Positions 18,701 to 27,263 of a stretch of DNA of 64,000 nucleotides are shown piece by piece. Source of the DNA: an uncultured virus (IMG/VR IMGVR_UViG_2821904334_000002) (lineage: Duplodnaviria; Heunggongvirae; Uroviricota; Caudoviricetes); IMG/VR virus record IMGVR_UViG_2821904334_000002; one strand, 5' to 3'. The notes under the pieces are model-generated. The model ran no database searches, was not told where the DNA came from, and was given only the letters and a program-made list of their open reading frames with translations. Position 1 is the stretch's first letter; each line of letters opens with the position of its first letter. The position numbers were made by a program, and so were the translations under genes.

Positions 18701-19399
18701 GTGTCCTATAATGTATTGTTAAATCAAGTAAACGGTAAAGGTTTATTTCAAGAGCAAATTAAGGTAGACACAGAAGGTCAATTGGTAGACTATGTAAATA
18801 CAAACTTTGCTGATTCAGAGATTGTATCATTTAAAAAGGTTCAAATCTTATATACAAAGAATCCAAACCCAATTAAAGGTTATGAGATTGGTTTACGTTT
18901 GAAAAAGAAAGGTAATTTACAAGCAGACGTATATACATTTACAGTAGCAAAAGATACAGAAGAACAAGTAAAACAATACGTAAACAAATATTGTCCAGAA
19001 GATGAACTAATATTTATTAAAGAAGTTACATTAACAGATGCCAAAACTCCTTTATCTGAAATTGAAGAAGGGGTAGCCTATGAGGTGTTAGCTGATACAG
19101 ACCATTCAAACTCAAGTGTAGAGATTACAAAACAAGGGGAAAGAATACAAATCTATATTAAAGGGTTAGACTTTAGTGATACTATCTTTATTCATAACTT
19201 TATTCCTTCTGAGATTATGAAACTAGGATTAGAAGCGAAAGAGTATGAGAAAGAATGGTGTGATGTAAATAACTTAACATTAGGTGATGTTGATTTACTA
19301 GGTACATTGGCATATGAAACACATCATGGAATCGTAAACTTAGGTGAAAGATTCAAAGAAGTAGCTTCTATTGTAAAGAACGAAAGAAAAGGCGAATAA
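18701..19399 (+). CDS. modular paralog family B (X-X'-Y)
   Basis: YNVLLN..KGLFQEQI..EIVSFK; YEIGL; LSEIEEGVAYEV..KQGERI. Confidence 0.8.
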   Translation: MSYNVLLNQVNGKGLFQEQIKVDTEGQLVDYVNTNFADSEIVSFKKVQILYTKNPNPIKGYEIGLRLKKKGNLQADVYTFTVAKDTEEQVKQYVNKYCPEDELIFIKEVTLTDAKTPLSEIEEGVAYEVLADTDHSNSSVEITKQGERIQIYIKGLDFSDTIFIHNFIPSEIMKLGLEAKEYEKEWCDVNNLTLGDVDLLGTLAYETHHGIVNLGERFKEVASIVKNERKGE

Positions 19400-19413
19400 G
19401 TATAGAAACAAAT

Positions 19414-19445
19414 AAGAAAGACTTCGTAATTGGAGTCTTTCTTTT
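19414..19445 (+). terminator. intrinsic terminator, AAGACTTC/GAGGTCTT family
   Basis: AAGAAAGACTTC...GGAGTCTTTCTTTT. Confidence 0.8.
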
Positions 19446-19469
19446 AATATATGAGTAAATAAACTATAG

Positions 19470-19498
19470 TTGACATATGAAGAACTTTATGGTATAAT
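19470..19498 (+). promoter_or_regulatory. sigma-A promoter, repeated family
   Basis: TTGACATATGAAGAACTTTATGGTATAAT. Confidence 0.85.
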
Positions 19499-19532
19499 AT
19501 AATTATAGTTAAGATAAAGGAGAGGTAATAAT

Positions 19533-20102
19533 ATGAAAACTAGCAAAGCATATGAAGTAGGTTTAATTTTAGAAAATAAAGGCGGTATGCAAGGAGACTT
19601 GTATGTTATCACAGTTAATAAAACTACAGTAGAAGCGGTAAAAGAATATTTAAACAAATATTACACTGAGGATACAGTAGTCTATATAAAAGAAACTACA
19701 TTAGTAGAAGGTAAAACATTATTATCAGAGTTAGAAGAAGGAGTTTCAGTTGAGACTTTAGCATTTTCTGATACTTCAAACTCTACATCACAATTTACAA
19801 AACATGGTGATTGGGTTTACATTCAGCCAAAAGGCTTAGACTTCAGTGATGGGGTATTCATTTATAAATTTATTCCCTCTAAATTCCTTGAACTGGCAAT
19901 TGCAGAAGGAGAGTATGAAGCAGAGTGGTTAGATATTAATAATCCTACATTAACTCAAATTGATGAACTAGGTATTTTAGTATATGAATCATTAAACGGT
20001 ATGTCAGAACTAAGTGAAAAGATAGAAGGAGTAGCAGAAATTGTTGTAAACAATAATTTCGAGAAGAAAGAAGAAACAGAAGGAAACATTGAATTTAATT
20101 AA
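19533..20102 (+). CDS. modular paralog family B (X'-Y)
   Basis: YEVGL..; LSELEEGV..KHGDWV..KGLDFSD; close paralog of 18701-19399. Confidence 0.8.
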   Translation: MKTSKAYEVGLILENKGGMQGDLYVITVNKTTVEAVKEYLNKYYTEDTVVYIKETTLVEGKTLLSELEEGVSVETLAFSDTSNSTSQFTKHGDWVYIQPKGLDFSDGVFIYKFIPSKFLELAIAEGEYEAEWLDINNPTLTQIDELGILVYESLNGMSELSEKIEGVAEIVVNNNFEKKEETEGNIEFN

Positions 20103-20127
20103 TAAAAACTTAAATAAGTATATAAAC

Positions 20128-20156
20128 AGAAAGACTTCTTAGTGAGGTCTTTCTTT
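20128..20156 (+). terminator. intrinsic terminator, AAGACTTC/GAGGTCTT family
   Basis: AGAAAGACTTC-TTAGT-GAGGTCTTTCTTT. Confidence 0.8.
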
Positions 20157-20186
20157 ATATAACTAGAAGTAAGGGAGGAAATAAAA

Positions 20187-21074
20187 GTGGGAGTAAACGT
20201 AAAATCAATGTGGGTTTATAAGGTTAGATTAGAGGGTTCAGCTACAGGTGATAAACCAAGAGTAGTACATTTGAGAGTAGATAATCAAGCAGAGTTACAT
20301 AAATGTTTAAACGAGTATTTCAATGATGAGACTGTAGTAGAGTTTATGCCATATCCATTATCAGACCCTTCAACAAAGGTATCGAAATTGCTAGATGGGG
20401 TATACTACGAAATTTTAGCAGAAAACAAGGTCATTCAGCAAGGAGACTCTGTAAACGATACAGAAATTTTCATCAAACATGGAGATTGGGTGGAGTGTTA
20501 TATTCGTGGCTACGATTTTGATAGTTTTGAGTGGAAACACGTATTCCATATTAAAGACTTCATTAAAATAGCTTCTGAACAAGGAGATTTAGATTTGGAA
20601 GACTTCCAGTATGAAGAATTAGACTTACATAAATTAGAGAACTTGTCTTCTATTGTATTTGAGTACTTAGCAAGTGGGATAGAACTAGATGGGAAAGTAG
20701 AAAAGGTTGCAAGAAGTATCAATGAAAACCCAATTACACCAATAGACTTCAAATTCGCTGATATGGTAGAAAGAGAAGAGTATACAATCTATTCAAAAGG
20801 TGGAACTGATAAGGCGTATACTACGTTCATGAAAGATAGGGATAAAGTATTAGTTACATTAGACGGTACAGGCTACCAAGCAAAGAAAATGTATGAATTA
20901 GACGTAAAAAGTTCAATCTCTAAACTACAAGCAATTAATGTACGTTCAGAAGACTTCAATCTAGAGAATGAAACAATAGCTGAACTAGAAGGGTTATTTT
21001 GGAGTATGGTCGCTTTAGGTTACGGAGGGGTAGTTGAAAACCCAAGTTACACGCAATTTGTGAAGAAAGTTTAA
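20187..21074 (+). CDS. modular paralog family B (X-Y-Y)
   Basis: YKVRL..; VSKLLDGVYYEI..KHGDWV; FADMVEREEYTI. Confidence 0.8.
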   Translation: MGVNVKSMWVYKVRLEGSATGDKPRVVHLRVDNQAELHKCLNEYFNDETVVEFMPYPLSDPSTKVSKLLDGVYYEILAENKVIQQGDSVNDTEIFIKHGDWVECYIRGYDFDSFEWKHVFHIKDFIKIASEQGDLDLEDFQYEELDLHKLENLSSIVFEYLASGIELDGKVEKVARSINENPITPIDFKFADMVEREEYTIYSKGGTDKAYTTFMKDRDKVLVTLDGTGYQAKKMYELDVKSSISKLQAINVRSEDFNLENETIAELEGLFWSMVALGYGGVVENPSYTQFVKKV

Positions 21075-21091
21075 GTAGAAAGGGAAAATAG

Positions 21092-21439
21092 ATGAGAAAC
21101 AGATATAGATACATTCTAAGTGGTATTACACTAGGTACAGACTCAATTGGTAGATTCCGTCTAATTGCAGGAAACAACATTAAACCCTCTTATGACGGGT
21201 ATATGGCAATTCGAGTTAAGATACCTGAGGATTTAAAACTGGAAAAATGGAGTTGTGACCCTTATTCTACTACAAATGACGAAAGGACATTAGAAGAACT
21301 GGGTTATGATATATTAGTATGGTATGAGAAGGAAAGAAAGTGGAAGGTTCATAACGAATTTAAAGGTATAAAACCGTGTCATATACAAACAGTACGTACA
21401 AAAGATAATGGTTTTAAATTTTTAGTTACAAAAGAATAG
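21092..21439 (+). CDS. hypothetical protein (115 aa)
   Basis: ORF with AGGGA RBS; not obviously family B. Confidence 0.7.
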   Translation: MRNRYRYILSGITLGTDSIGRFRLIAGNNIKPSYDGYMAIRVKIPEDLKLEKWSCDPYSTTNDERTLEELGYDILVWYEKERKWKVHNEFKGIKPCHIQTVRTKDNGFKFLVTKE

Positions 21440-21448
21440 TATAAAGAT

Positions 21449-21479
21449 AGAAGACTTCTTATTGTGAGGTCTTCTTTTT
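21449..21479 (+). terminator. intrinsic terminator, AAGACTTC/GAGGTCTT family
   Basis: AGAAGACTTC...GAGGTCTTCTTTTT. Confidence 0.8.
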
Positions 21480-21497
21480 ATTGCATAAAAACCTTAT

Positions 21498-21526
21498 TTG
21501 ACAAATAAAGAAACATATGTTATAAT
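21498..21526 (+). promoter_or_regulatory. sigma-A promoter, repeated family
   Basis: TTGACAAATAAAGAAACATATGTTATAAT. Confidence 0.85.
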
Positions 21527-21557
21527 ATAGGTATGTTAAAGAAAAGGAGAGATAGAA

Positions 21558-21956
21558 ATGGGTATTGTTACATTAGAAAACAAACAAATAAAGTTAAGTG
21601 AACTAGAAGAAGGTATAACTTACGAAGTAGTTTTGAATGAACATATTGAAGTTGGTAAGGTTTTAATTACAAGAGAAAACGGTTGGGTTACTACAGAAAG
21701 AGGAAGTAGAGAAGACGGTACTTTTTGGAAGCAGACATATAAGGTATCTGAAGTTCTTTCTATCATTGGAGAAAATTATTCTTATAAAGGAACTTGTGAA
21801 GAGGATTTAGTAATAGGAGACTTTGAATTTGTAAGTTTAGACCATACAATATATGAAAATTTATTTGGGTTAGAACACCATGCAGAAAAGATTAAAGACG
21901 TTGCTAAAGTAGTAGAAGGAACTACATTAGTAGATAGAATTGCACAAAATAAATAA
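21558..21956 (+). CDS. modular paralog family B (single Y module)
   Basis: LSELEEGITYEV..RENGWV. Confidence 0.8.
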   Translation: MGIVTLENKQIKLSELEEGITYEVVLNEHIEVGKVLITRENGWVTTERGSREDGTFWKQTYKVSEVLSIIGENYSYKGTCEEDLVIGDFEFVSLDHTIYENLFGLEHHAEKIKDVAKVVEGTTLVDRIAQNK

Positions 21957-21967
21957 CTTAAATATCT

Positions 21968-22000
21968 AAAGAAGACTTCCTATTGCGAGGTCTTCTTTTT
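21968..22000 (+). terminator. intrinsic terminator, AAGACTTC/GAGGTCTT family
   Basis: AGAAGACTTC...GAGGTCTTCTTTTT. Confidence 0.8.
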
Positions 22001-22019
22001 ATTTGCGTATAAACCATAT

Positions 22020-22048
22020 TTGACAAATTAATAAACTTATGATATAAT
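22020..22048 (+). promoter_or_regulatory. sigma-A promoter, repeated family
   Basis: TTGACAAATTAATAAACTTATGATATAAT. Confidence 0.85.
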
Positions 22049-22084
22049 AGATATAAGTTAATGAAAAGAAAGAGGTTTATACAT

Positions 22085-22939
22085 ATGGTTACAAAACAAA
22101 CATATAAGGTAGTACTACAAGACAGAGATTCAGAGCGGATGTTATTAGTAGAAGGTAATGTAAATTCAATTAAAGATAGTGAAACAATTAGTAGAATTAA
22201 AGAACTTTCAAAAGTACAAGAAGCAGACCGGAATATGAAAGTAGAAGACATGGTTTCGAATCGTAAATATACGTTTATTCTAGATAATGGTACTCAAAAA
22301 GACTTAGGTATTCTACGTGAACATAAAGGTAGATATCAATTTGAGTTAAAACTTACATCACCTGATTGTCCAGTGATTAAACTAGAATTTGACAAAGACA
22401 AGTTTCAACAAAGATTATATGATTTAGAAATGGTAGACGGATTGGTGGATGCAGAAGATATGACGATGCAAAACCTACTAATCTTGGCTCTTACGTTATA
22501 CATGGGGTATGCAAACAAGATTGAACTAGGTGATGTGTCTGATATTTCTCGTGTTATCTTGTTTGATGTTACGTTTGAAGGTAGTATGAAACTAGAACAT
22601 GTACAAGACGGTATTGAGTATACAATTGTAGCTGATAAAGACGCACATCATGAGTATGTAACCATTGCTAAAGAGTTTGGTGTTATTACCGCTATCTTAG
22701 ACGGAGAAAATTGTGAGAAGAAAGAAATCTTCACATTCCATATTTGGGAAGCACTAAACGTACTAAAAGAGTTAACACTCTATGATAAGAGCTATGACTT
22801 TGAAGGTCGTACATTAAAAGACCTAGAATTATTAATCTCTAAATTATTTGGCTTCTATCAAGACCCTATGTTTAAGGATGTATTTAAGAAGGTATTCATC
22901 GAATCCCAAGAAGGGGTAGAAGAAACAGAAGAAGTGTAA
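22085..22939 (+). CDS. modular paralog family B (X-Y-Y, divergent)
   Basis: track start 22061; ATG 22085 follows AGAGG; YKVVLQD; VEDMVSNRKYTF; LEHVQDGIEYTI. Confidence 0.75.
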   Translation: MVTKQTYKVVLQDRDSERMLLVEGNVNSIKDSETISRIKELSKVQEADRNMKVEDMVSNRKYTFILDNGTQKDLGILREHKGRYQFELKLTSPDCPVIKLEFDKDKFQQRLYDLEMVDGLVDAEDMTMQNLLILALTLYMGYANKIELGDVSDISRVILFDVTFEGSMKLEHVQDGIEYTIVADKDAHHEYVTIAKEFGVITAILDGENCEKKEIFTFHIWEALNVLKELTLYDKSYDFEGRTLKDLELLISKLFGFYQDPMFKDVFKKVFIESQEGVEETEEV

Positions 22940-22942
22940 AAG

Positions 22943-22968
22943 GAGACCTCTATTATGGAGGTCTTTTT
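22943..22968 (+). terminator. intrinsic terminator, GAGGTCTT family
   Basis: GAGACCTC...GAGGTCTTTTT. Confidence 0.75.
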
Positions 22969-23011
22969 ATTATGTAAATTTACAAAACAAGATTAAAAGT
23001 ATCAAACACTA

Positions 23012-23040
23012 TTGACAAATGTAAAAACTTATGGTATAAT
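23012..23040 (+). promoter_or_regulatory. sigma-A promoter, repeated family
   Basis: TTGACAAATGTAAAAACTTATGGTATAAT. Confidence 0.85.
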
Positions 23041-23110
23041 ATAGGTATAGATAAAGAGATAAATCAAGGTTAAGAGTAGAAAATCAAACAAGTTAAAGGA
23101 GATAAGTATC

Positions 23111-24109
23111 ATGTTTAAATCATTTAACAATAAAGGTTTCGAGTTAAACTTTACAAATGGCGTATCAATCAGTGTGCAATGGGGTTATTCAAACTACTGT
23201 TCAGTTCGTGATTTAGATAGAAAACACGATGATTCAATGCAAGTGTCAGAACATAAATCAGAAACAGCAGAAATTGAAATCATGCATGGTAAGAAAAACA
23301 TAACAGGAGAGTTTGCAGAACACTATAAACTATCTGCTGACAGTCACGTTATCGGTTGGTTACAGGCTGATGTAGTAGCAAACGCAATTACATGGGCGCA
23401 AAACTATAAAACGATGGATTTAACAGAAGAAGTAAAAGAAACATTATTAAACTACAATAAGCAAGATATGGCACTAACACGAGGGATATTAGGGGATACA
23501 TCTGACCAAGGTTATCTTGAAACACTTGGAGAAACAACTAAAAGACTATATGATGAAATGAACAGAGAAAATATAGAAGGTAGACATAACACAAGTAATG
23601 TTAGATTTATTGGAGAAATTCCTCGTAATGATAGAAGTAACTTAGAAGAGTATGAGGGAGACGGTTTAGTAGTAAATGATTTAGATACAGAAAAGTATAT
23701 TACAAGAGAACGTAAACAAATAAGAACCTTAAACCCAACTCGATATTCAACAGAAAACCCATTAGAATTAAAGTATTATTATGATTATTTAACTTTCCCA
23801 ACTCATGGTCGTATTATGTTAGGGGAGTATCAATACACAGACAACCCTATTGCAATCTTAGACTTCGAGTTAGAAGAAAATGATTCGGTTGGAACATTGA
23901 GTCTAACGGATGTAAATAAACAGAAACGTCATGAATTCCAAGTTAACTTAGATTCTGATGTACGGTTAATCATTTCTAAAATTGAATTTATTGGTTATGA
24001 CTTACTTGTATACTTAAACGTAGAGGGTAAAGAAGAAGACGATAAAGTAGTCTTTCCTATAGATACAATGACAATTAAACGTATTCTAACTTACGTGATA
24101 ACGGATTGA
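23111..24109 (+). CDS. hypothetical fusion protein; C-terminal part related to paralog family C
   Basis: N-terminal GFELNFTNGVSISVQWG domain; C-terminal GTLSLTD..DVR..LLVYLN similar to 24694-25086. Confidence 0.75.
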   Translation: MFKSFNNKGFELNFTNGVSISVQWGYSNYCSVRDLDRKHDDSMQVSEHKSETAEIEIMHGKKNITGEFAEHYKLSADSHVIGWLQADVVANAITWAQNYKTMDLTEEVKETLLNYNKQDMALTRGILGDTSDQGYLETLGETTKRLYDEMNRENIEGRHNTSNVRFIGEIPRNDRSNLEEYEGDGLVVNDLDTEKYITRERKQIRTLNPTRYSTENPLELKYYYDYLTFPTHGRIMLGEYQYTDNPIAILDFELEENDSVGTLSLTDVNKQKRHEFQVNLDSDVRLIISKIEFIGYDLLVYLNVEGKEEDDKVVFPIDTMTIKRILTYVITD

Positions 24110-24136
24110 TAATAAAAGGAGGAAGGGGTAGTTATA

Positions 24137-24544
24137 GTGAAGACGGCAAATTGTAAGAAACCAGACAGATTAAGCGTTGTAAGAACTAAGAAACAAGTAA
24201 GTGCAATTCCAGTAGAGTTTGAATTAAGAAGTTTAAACTATGATGAATTTGATTCAGTTTTCATAGAAGGGGTAGAAATGTTCCGTTTTCAAGGAACTCA
24301 CGGTCATATGGAACCGAAAAACTTCGGTAGTGGTCAGTTATTGTTTACAGATAGTAAATTTAGAAACCCACAATATTTTAATTTCAGTGAGTTATCTAAA
24401 GTACAAGACTTCATTACAGGCATTGGGTTAACAAAAAATAAACTGATTGTACAAGTGTACGACCAGCATCAAGAACGTAAACTACAACTTGTGTATGTTG
24501 CTCCTTCATGGTTAATTCAACGAGAGAAGGAACGAATGAAATAA
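24137..24544 (+). CDS. hypothetical protein, paralog family C
   Basis: G.L..TDS..YF.F..RKL..APSWL shared with 24694-25086. Confidence 0.8.
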   Translation: MKTANCKKPDRLSVVRTKKQVSAIPVEFELRSLNYDEFDSVFIEGVEMFRFQGTHGHMEPKNFGSGQLLFTDSKFRNPQYFNFSELSKVQDFITGIGLTKNKLIVQVYDQHQERKLQLVYVAPSWLIQREKERMK

Positions 24545-24693
24545 ACTAGAGATAAACTACCTGTAGCAGACAAAAGGAAACAGTCTATACAGGTAGTTAT
24601 ATGTAGTTAAACAAGAGGTCAAAAAGTAGAAATAAACGGAGTATAAGACGTATTATTAAATCTAGATGCGAAATAAAAGGGGAGACTAGTAAG

Positions 24694-25086
24694 ATGTTTT
24701 CAAGTAGAAGTAATGTAATTCATTTGAACTCTATAAAATTTGAAGAAACTAAGAGAGCAATCAGTTTACCATTCGACTATATAAGAGAAAATGAAAATGA
24801 TTTCGGAACTGTTATGCTACATGGGGAGAAGTTATTTGTATTTAAAGACGCACATGAGAATCTAACACCTGATACATTTGAAAACGGTAGATTAGCATTA
24901 AAAGACTCCAATCTGAAAACAAGAGAATACTTTACATTTCCTACAATGATAGACGTGCGTAATGCGGTAGAAGATGTAGTATTAGATGATAACCGCTTAG
25001 TAGTTACAATAAACGATGTATCTTACAAGCGTAAACTAAAAGTATCTATGTTCGCACCTGATTGGTTAGTAGAAAAGTATAAATAA
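24694..25086 (+). CDS. hypothetical protein, paralog family C
   Basis: GRLALKDS..YFTF..RKL..APDWL. Confidence 0.8.
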   Translation: MFSSRSNVIHLNSIKFEETKRAISLPFDYIRENENDFGTVMLHGEKLFVFKDAHENLTPDTFENGRLALKDSNLKTREYFTFPTMIDVRNAVEDVVLDDNRLVVTINDVSYKRKLKVSMFAPDWLVEKYK

Positions 25087-25098
25087 GGTGGGCTTATA

Positions 25099-25374
25099 TT
25101 GAACAAGACTGATAAAGATTTAAGACAAGACATCAAGAATGCAGTAAGTGAACAACAATTCGTAAACTTCCAAACACTAGAGATAGTTGGGTTATTAATG
25201 GCAGAACGAGTAAAACGTGGTCTATCACAAAGGGAGTTATCAAAGTTATCAGGGGTAGCACAGAAGACTATTTCACGTATCGAAAGTGGAGAAGATATTC
25301 CTTCCATTGAAACGATAGTAAAACTAGCTAAACACTTAGGTTACGAAGTAAAAGTATCGGTAGAGAAAGTATAA
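25099..25374 (+). CDS. XRE/Cro-C1 family helix-turn-helix regulator
   Basis: RVKRGLSQRELSKLSGVAQKTISRIESGEDIPSIETIVKLAKHLG, a classic HTH_3 pattern. Confidence 0.9.
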   Translation: MNKTDKDLRQDIKNAVSEQQFVNFQTLEIVGLLMAERVKRGLSQRELSKLSGVAQKTISRIESGEDIPSIETIVKLAKHLGYEVKVSVEKV

Positions 25375-25396
25375 ACCAGTATATAGGAGGTAAGAC

Positions 25397-25570
25397 ATGG
25401 AACCATCAATCGTATTTCTATTACTAGGTTTAGGGGTAGTCGGAATTATCTTCATTACCCTAGACATCATTACGAGACTAAGAGGGTTTGGCTTAGGTTG
25501 TTTAGGAGCAATAGGTTGGGGACTACTAGCTTTTACATTAGTTATGACATTGTTATTCGCAACTATCTAA
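25397..25570 (+). CDS. small two-TM membrane protein (57 aa, not in ORF track)
   Basis: AGGAGG RBS; MEPSIVFLLLGLGVVGIIFI...LLFATI*. Confidence 0.7.
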   Translation: MEPSIVFLLLGLGVVGIIFITLDIITRLRGFGLGCLGAIGWGLLAFTLVMTLLFATI

Positions 25571-25585
25571 TATAGGAGGGTAAAC

Positions 25586-25837
25586 ATGATATTCGGGAGC
25601 TTTGCAGATAATTTTTGGGGTTATGTGATACCTGCCTGTATTACGTATGCAGGAGTAAACCATAAAGATGTTGTATTTAAAGATGAAAAGTATAGCAAAG
25701 GAATGTTGAAACGAGAGTGGGTATTTGTATTAACGCCTTATATAAACATGGCGTGTGCGTTATTTGTTACCTGTTTAATGTTCTTACAAGTCATCTTTTG
25801 GTTTATGAAAGGGTTCTTAGACAACGATAAAGACTAG
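25586..25837 (+). CDS. small membrane protein (83 aa)
   Basis: AGGAGG RBS; hydrophobic segments. Confidence 0.7.
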   Translation: MIFGSFADNFWGYVIPACITYAGVNHKDVVFKDEKYSKGMLKREWVFVLTPYINMACALFVTCLMFLQVIFWFMKGFLDNDKD

Positions 25838-25946
25838 AAGTAAGCATTCAAACAAGAATATAGAAGTATGGAGTTATTTCTATAATAGAGAGAAACTATA
25901 ATAAGTATAAAGATAGAGTAAAACGAGTGAAAGAAGGGAATATAAA

Positions 25947-27152
25947 GTGGATAAAAAGACATTACAAGAAACTTTACAAAACTATGGTAGAGCTTTAGCA
26001 GACCATATGTTACCCTTAACATTTATCGTAGGCGAGGAAATGGAATTTGGTCGTCAAGACTTACTTAACAATTCTGAACCAGGAAACATGTTAAGAGACA
26101 TCCTAACTGAGAATGCAAAAACGGCTTTTGGTATGCAAGATAGTAGTCAAGTTACAGACTTACTTATCGTATACTACTTAATGTTAAATACATCAATCTT
26201 AGTAGAGCATACGACCCATACACACAAGGGAGGTACATATCAACCTGATGTAGACCGTGGTATCTTTACATTAGACAAGGAAGAAATCGAGTATATGTAT
26301 AATACGCATGGGGTAGAGACACCTGATAAAGTCTATAAAGACTTACAACGTGTATCAGAATCCATTGCAGAACATTATACAACAAATAAAATCAAAGGTT
26401 TAAAGCTAGACTTTAGGAAAGCAAAGGTAGTCAATCCAAGGTCGCTTATGAGTTTTGATAATGGAATACATGTGATTCCAGCTGACGTGATAGTGGGGTA
26501 TCTACAAGGTTTGCGTGAACATGCAAAAACAGGTATACTTAAAATAACATACAAGCGTGTGAATCAAGTAGACCGCACACAATACGTTACCTTAAATAAA
26601 GGAGCAATTAATGATATATACAAGGAAGACTTAATGTTTGCCGATACTTTCTATGAAGTATCCAATCCAAAGTCTTACACGTATCATGGACAACCTTGTC
26701 ATGCTGAAACGCATAGTGGATTTTGGAAAGTTGGAGATTTAGGTATTTCAAGATTCGAATTCCAAGCAAGCAGACAGGTTTCTCTAGCAAGAATCACAGA
26801 AGTAAAGTTAGCAACCCGTAGTGAATACGAAGGATTAAAGAAATATGTAAATGTAGACTTAGAAGGGGTAGAAGAGGCATTTGGTCATTATGTTTGTCAG
26901 TTAGATGAAGAACAAACAAAAGAAGTAAAGAACCATTTAAACGCCCCTGAGACAGTAGATGTTTTACATTATGTCAATGGTCAAATCGCTATATTCACTA
27001 CAACCTACCGTAAGAAACTACATGATTATATGGTCATGAACCAAGAGCATTTTACAGGATATACAGGAATCAAGACTGATATTTACGGTCAATCGAAAGA
27101 ATTCAGCGGTAAAGATGTAGCATTTGGTCAGACAGAGCATATGGATTTTTAA
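25947..27152 (+). CDS. hypothetical protein with possible WYL-like/SH3-barrel domain
   Basis: GILKITYKRVNQVDRTQYVTLN...WKVGDL...RQVSLARI resembles the WYL_2/DUF2693 pattern, by eye. Confidence 0.55.
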   Translation: MDKKTLQETLQNYGRALADHMLPLTFIVGEEMEFGRQDLLNNSEPGNMLRDILTENAKTAFGMQDSSQVTDLLIVYYLMLNTSILVEHTTHTHKGGTYQPDVDRGIFTLDKEEIEYMYNTHGVETPDKVYKDLQRVSESIAEHYTTNKIKGLKLDFRKAKVVNPRSLMSFDNGIHVIPADVIVGYLQGLREHAKTGILKITYKRVNQVDRTQYVTLNKGAINDIYKEDLMFADTFYEVSNPKSYTYHGQPCHAETHSGFWKVGDLGISRFEFQASRQVSLARITEVKLATRSEYEGLKKYVNVDLEGVEEAFGHYVCQLDEEQTKEVKNHLNAPETVDVLHYVNGQIAIFTTTYRKKLHDYMVMNQEHFTGYTGIKTDIYGQSKEFSGKDVAFGQTEHMDF

Positions 27153-27169
27153 ACTTATCAATATGAGTT

Positions 27170-27222
27170 AATATTATTACTCCTATAGTCAGACATAGAT
27201 ATATAGGAGTAGTAATATTTTT
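27170..27222 (+). terminator. long inverted repeat, probable terminator
   Basis: AATATTATTACTCCTATA...TATAGGAGTAGTAATATT followed by TTT. Confidence 0.65.
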
Positions 27223-27263
27223 GCATATAGTTTGTAATTTTTGAAAGGAGGTTTGTAACGAGT

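Noticed and set aside
14322..22939. Diversity-generating retroelement or integron as the cause of the paralog array
   Set aside because: No reverse transcriptase, template/variable repeat pair, integrase or attC-like sites seen in the window.
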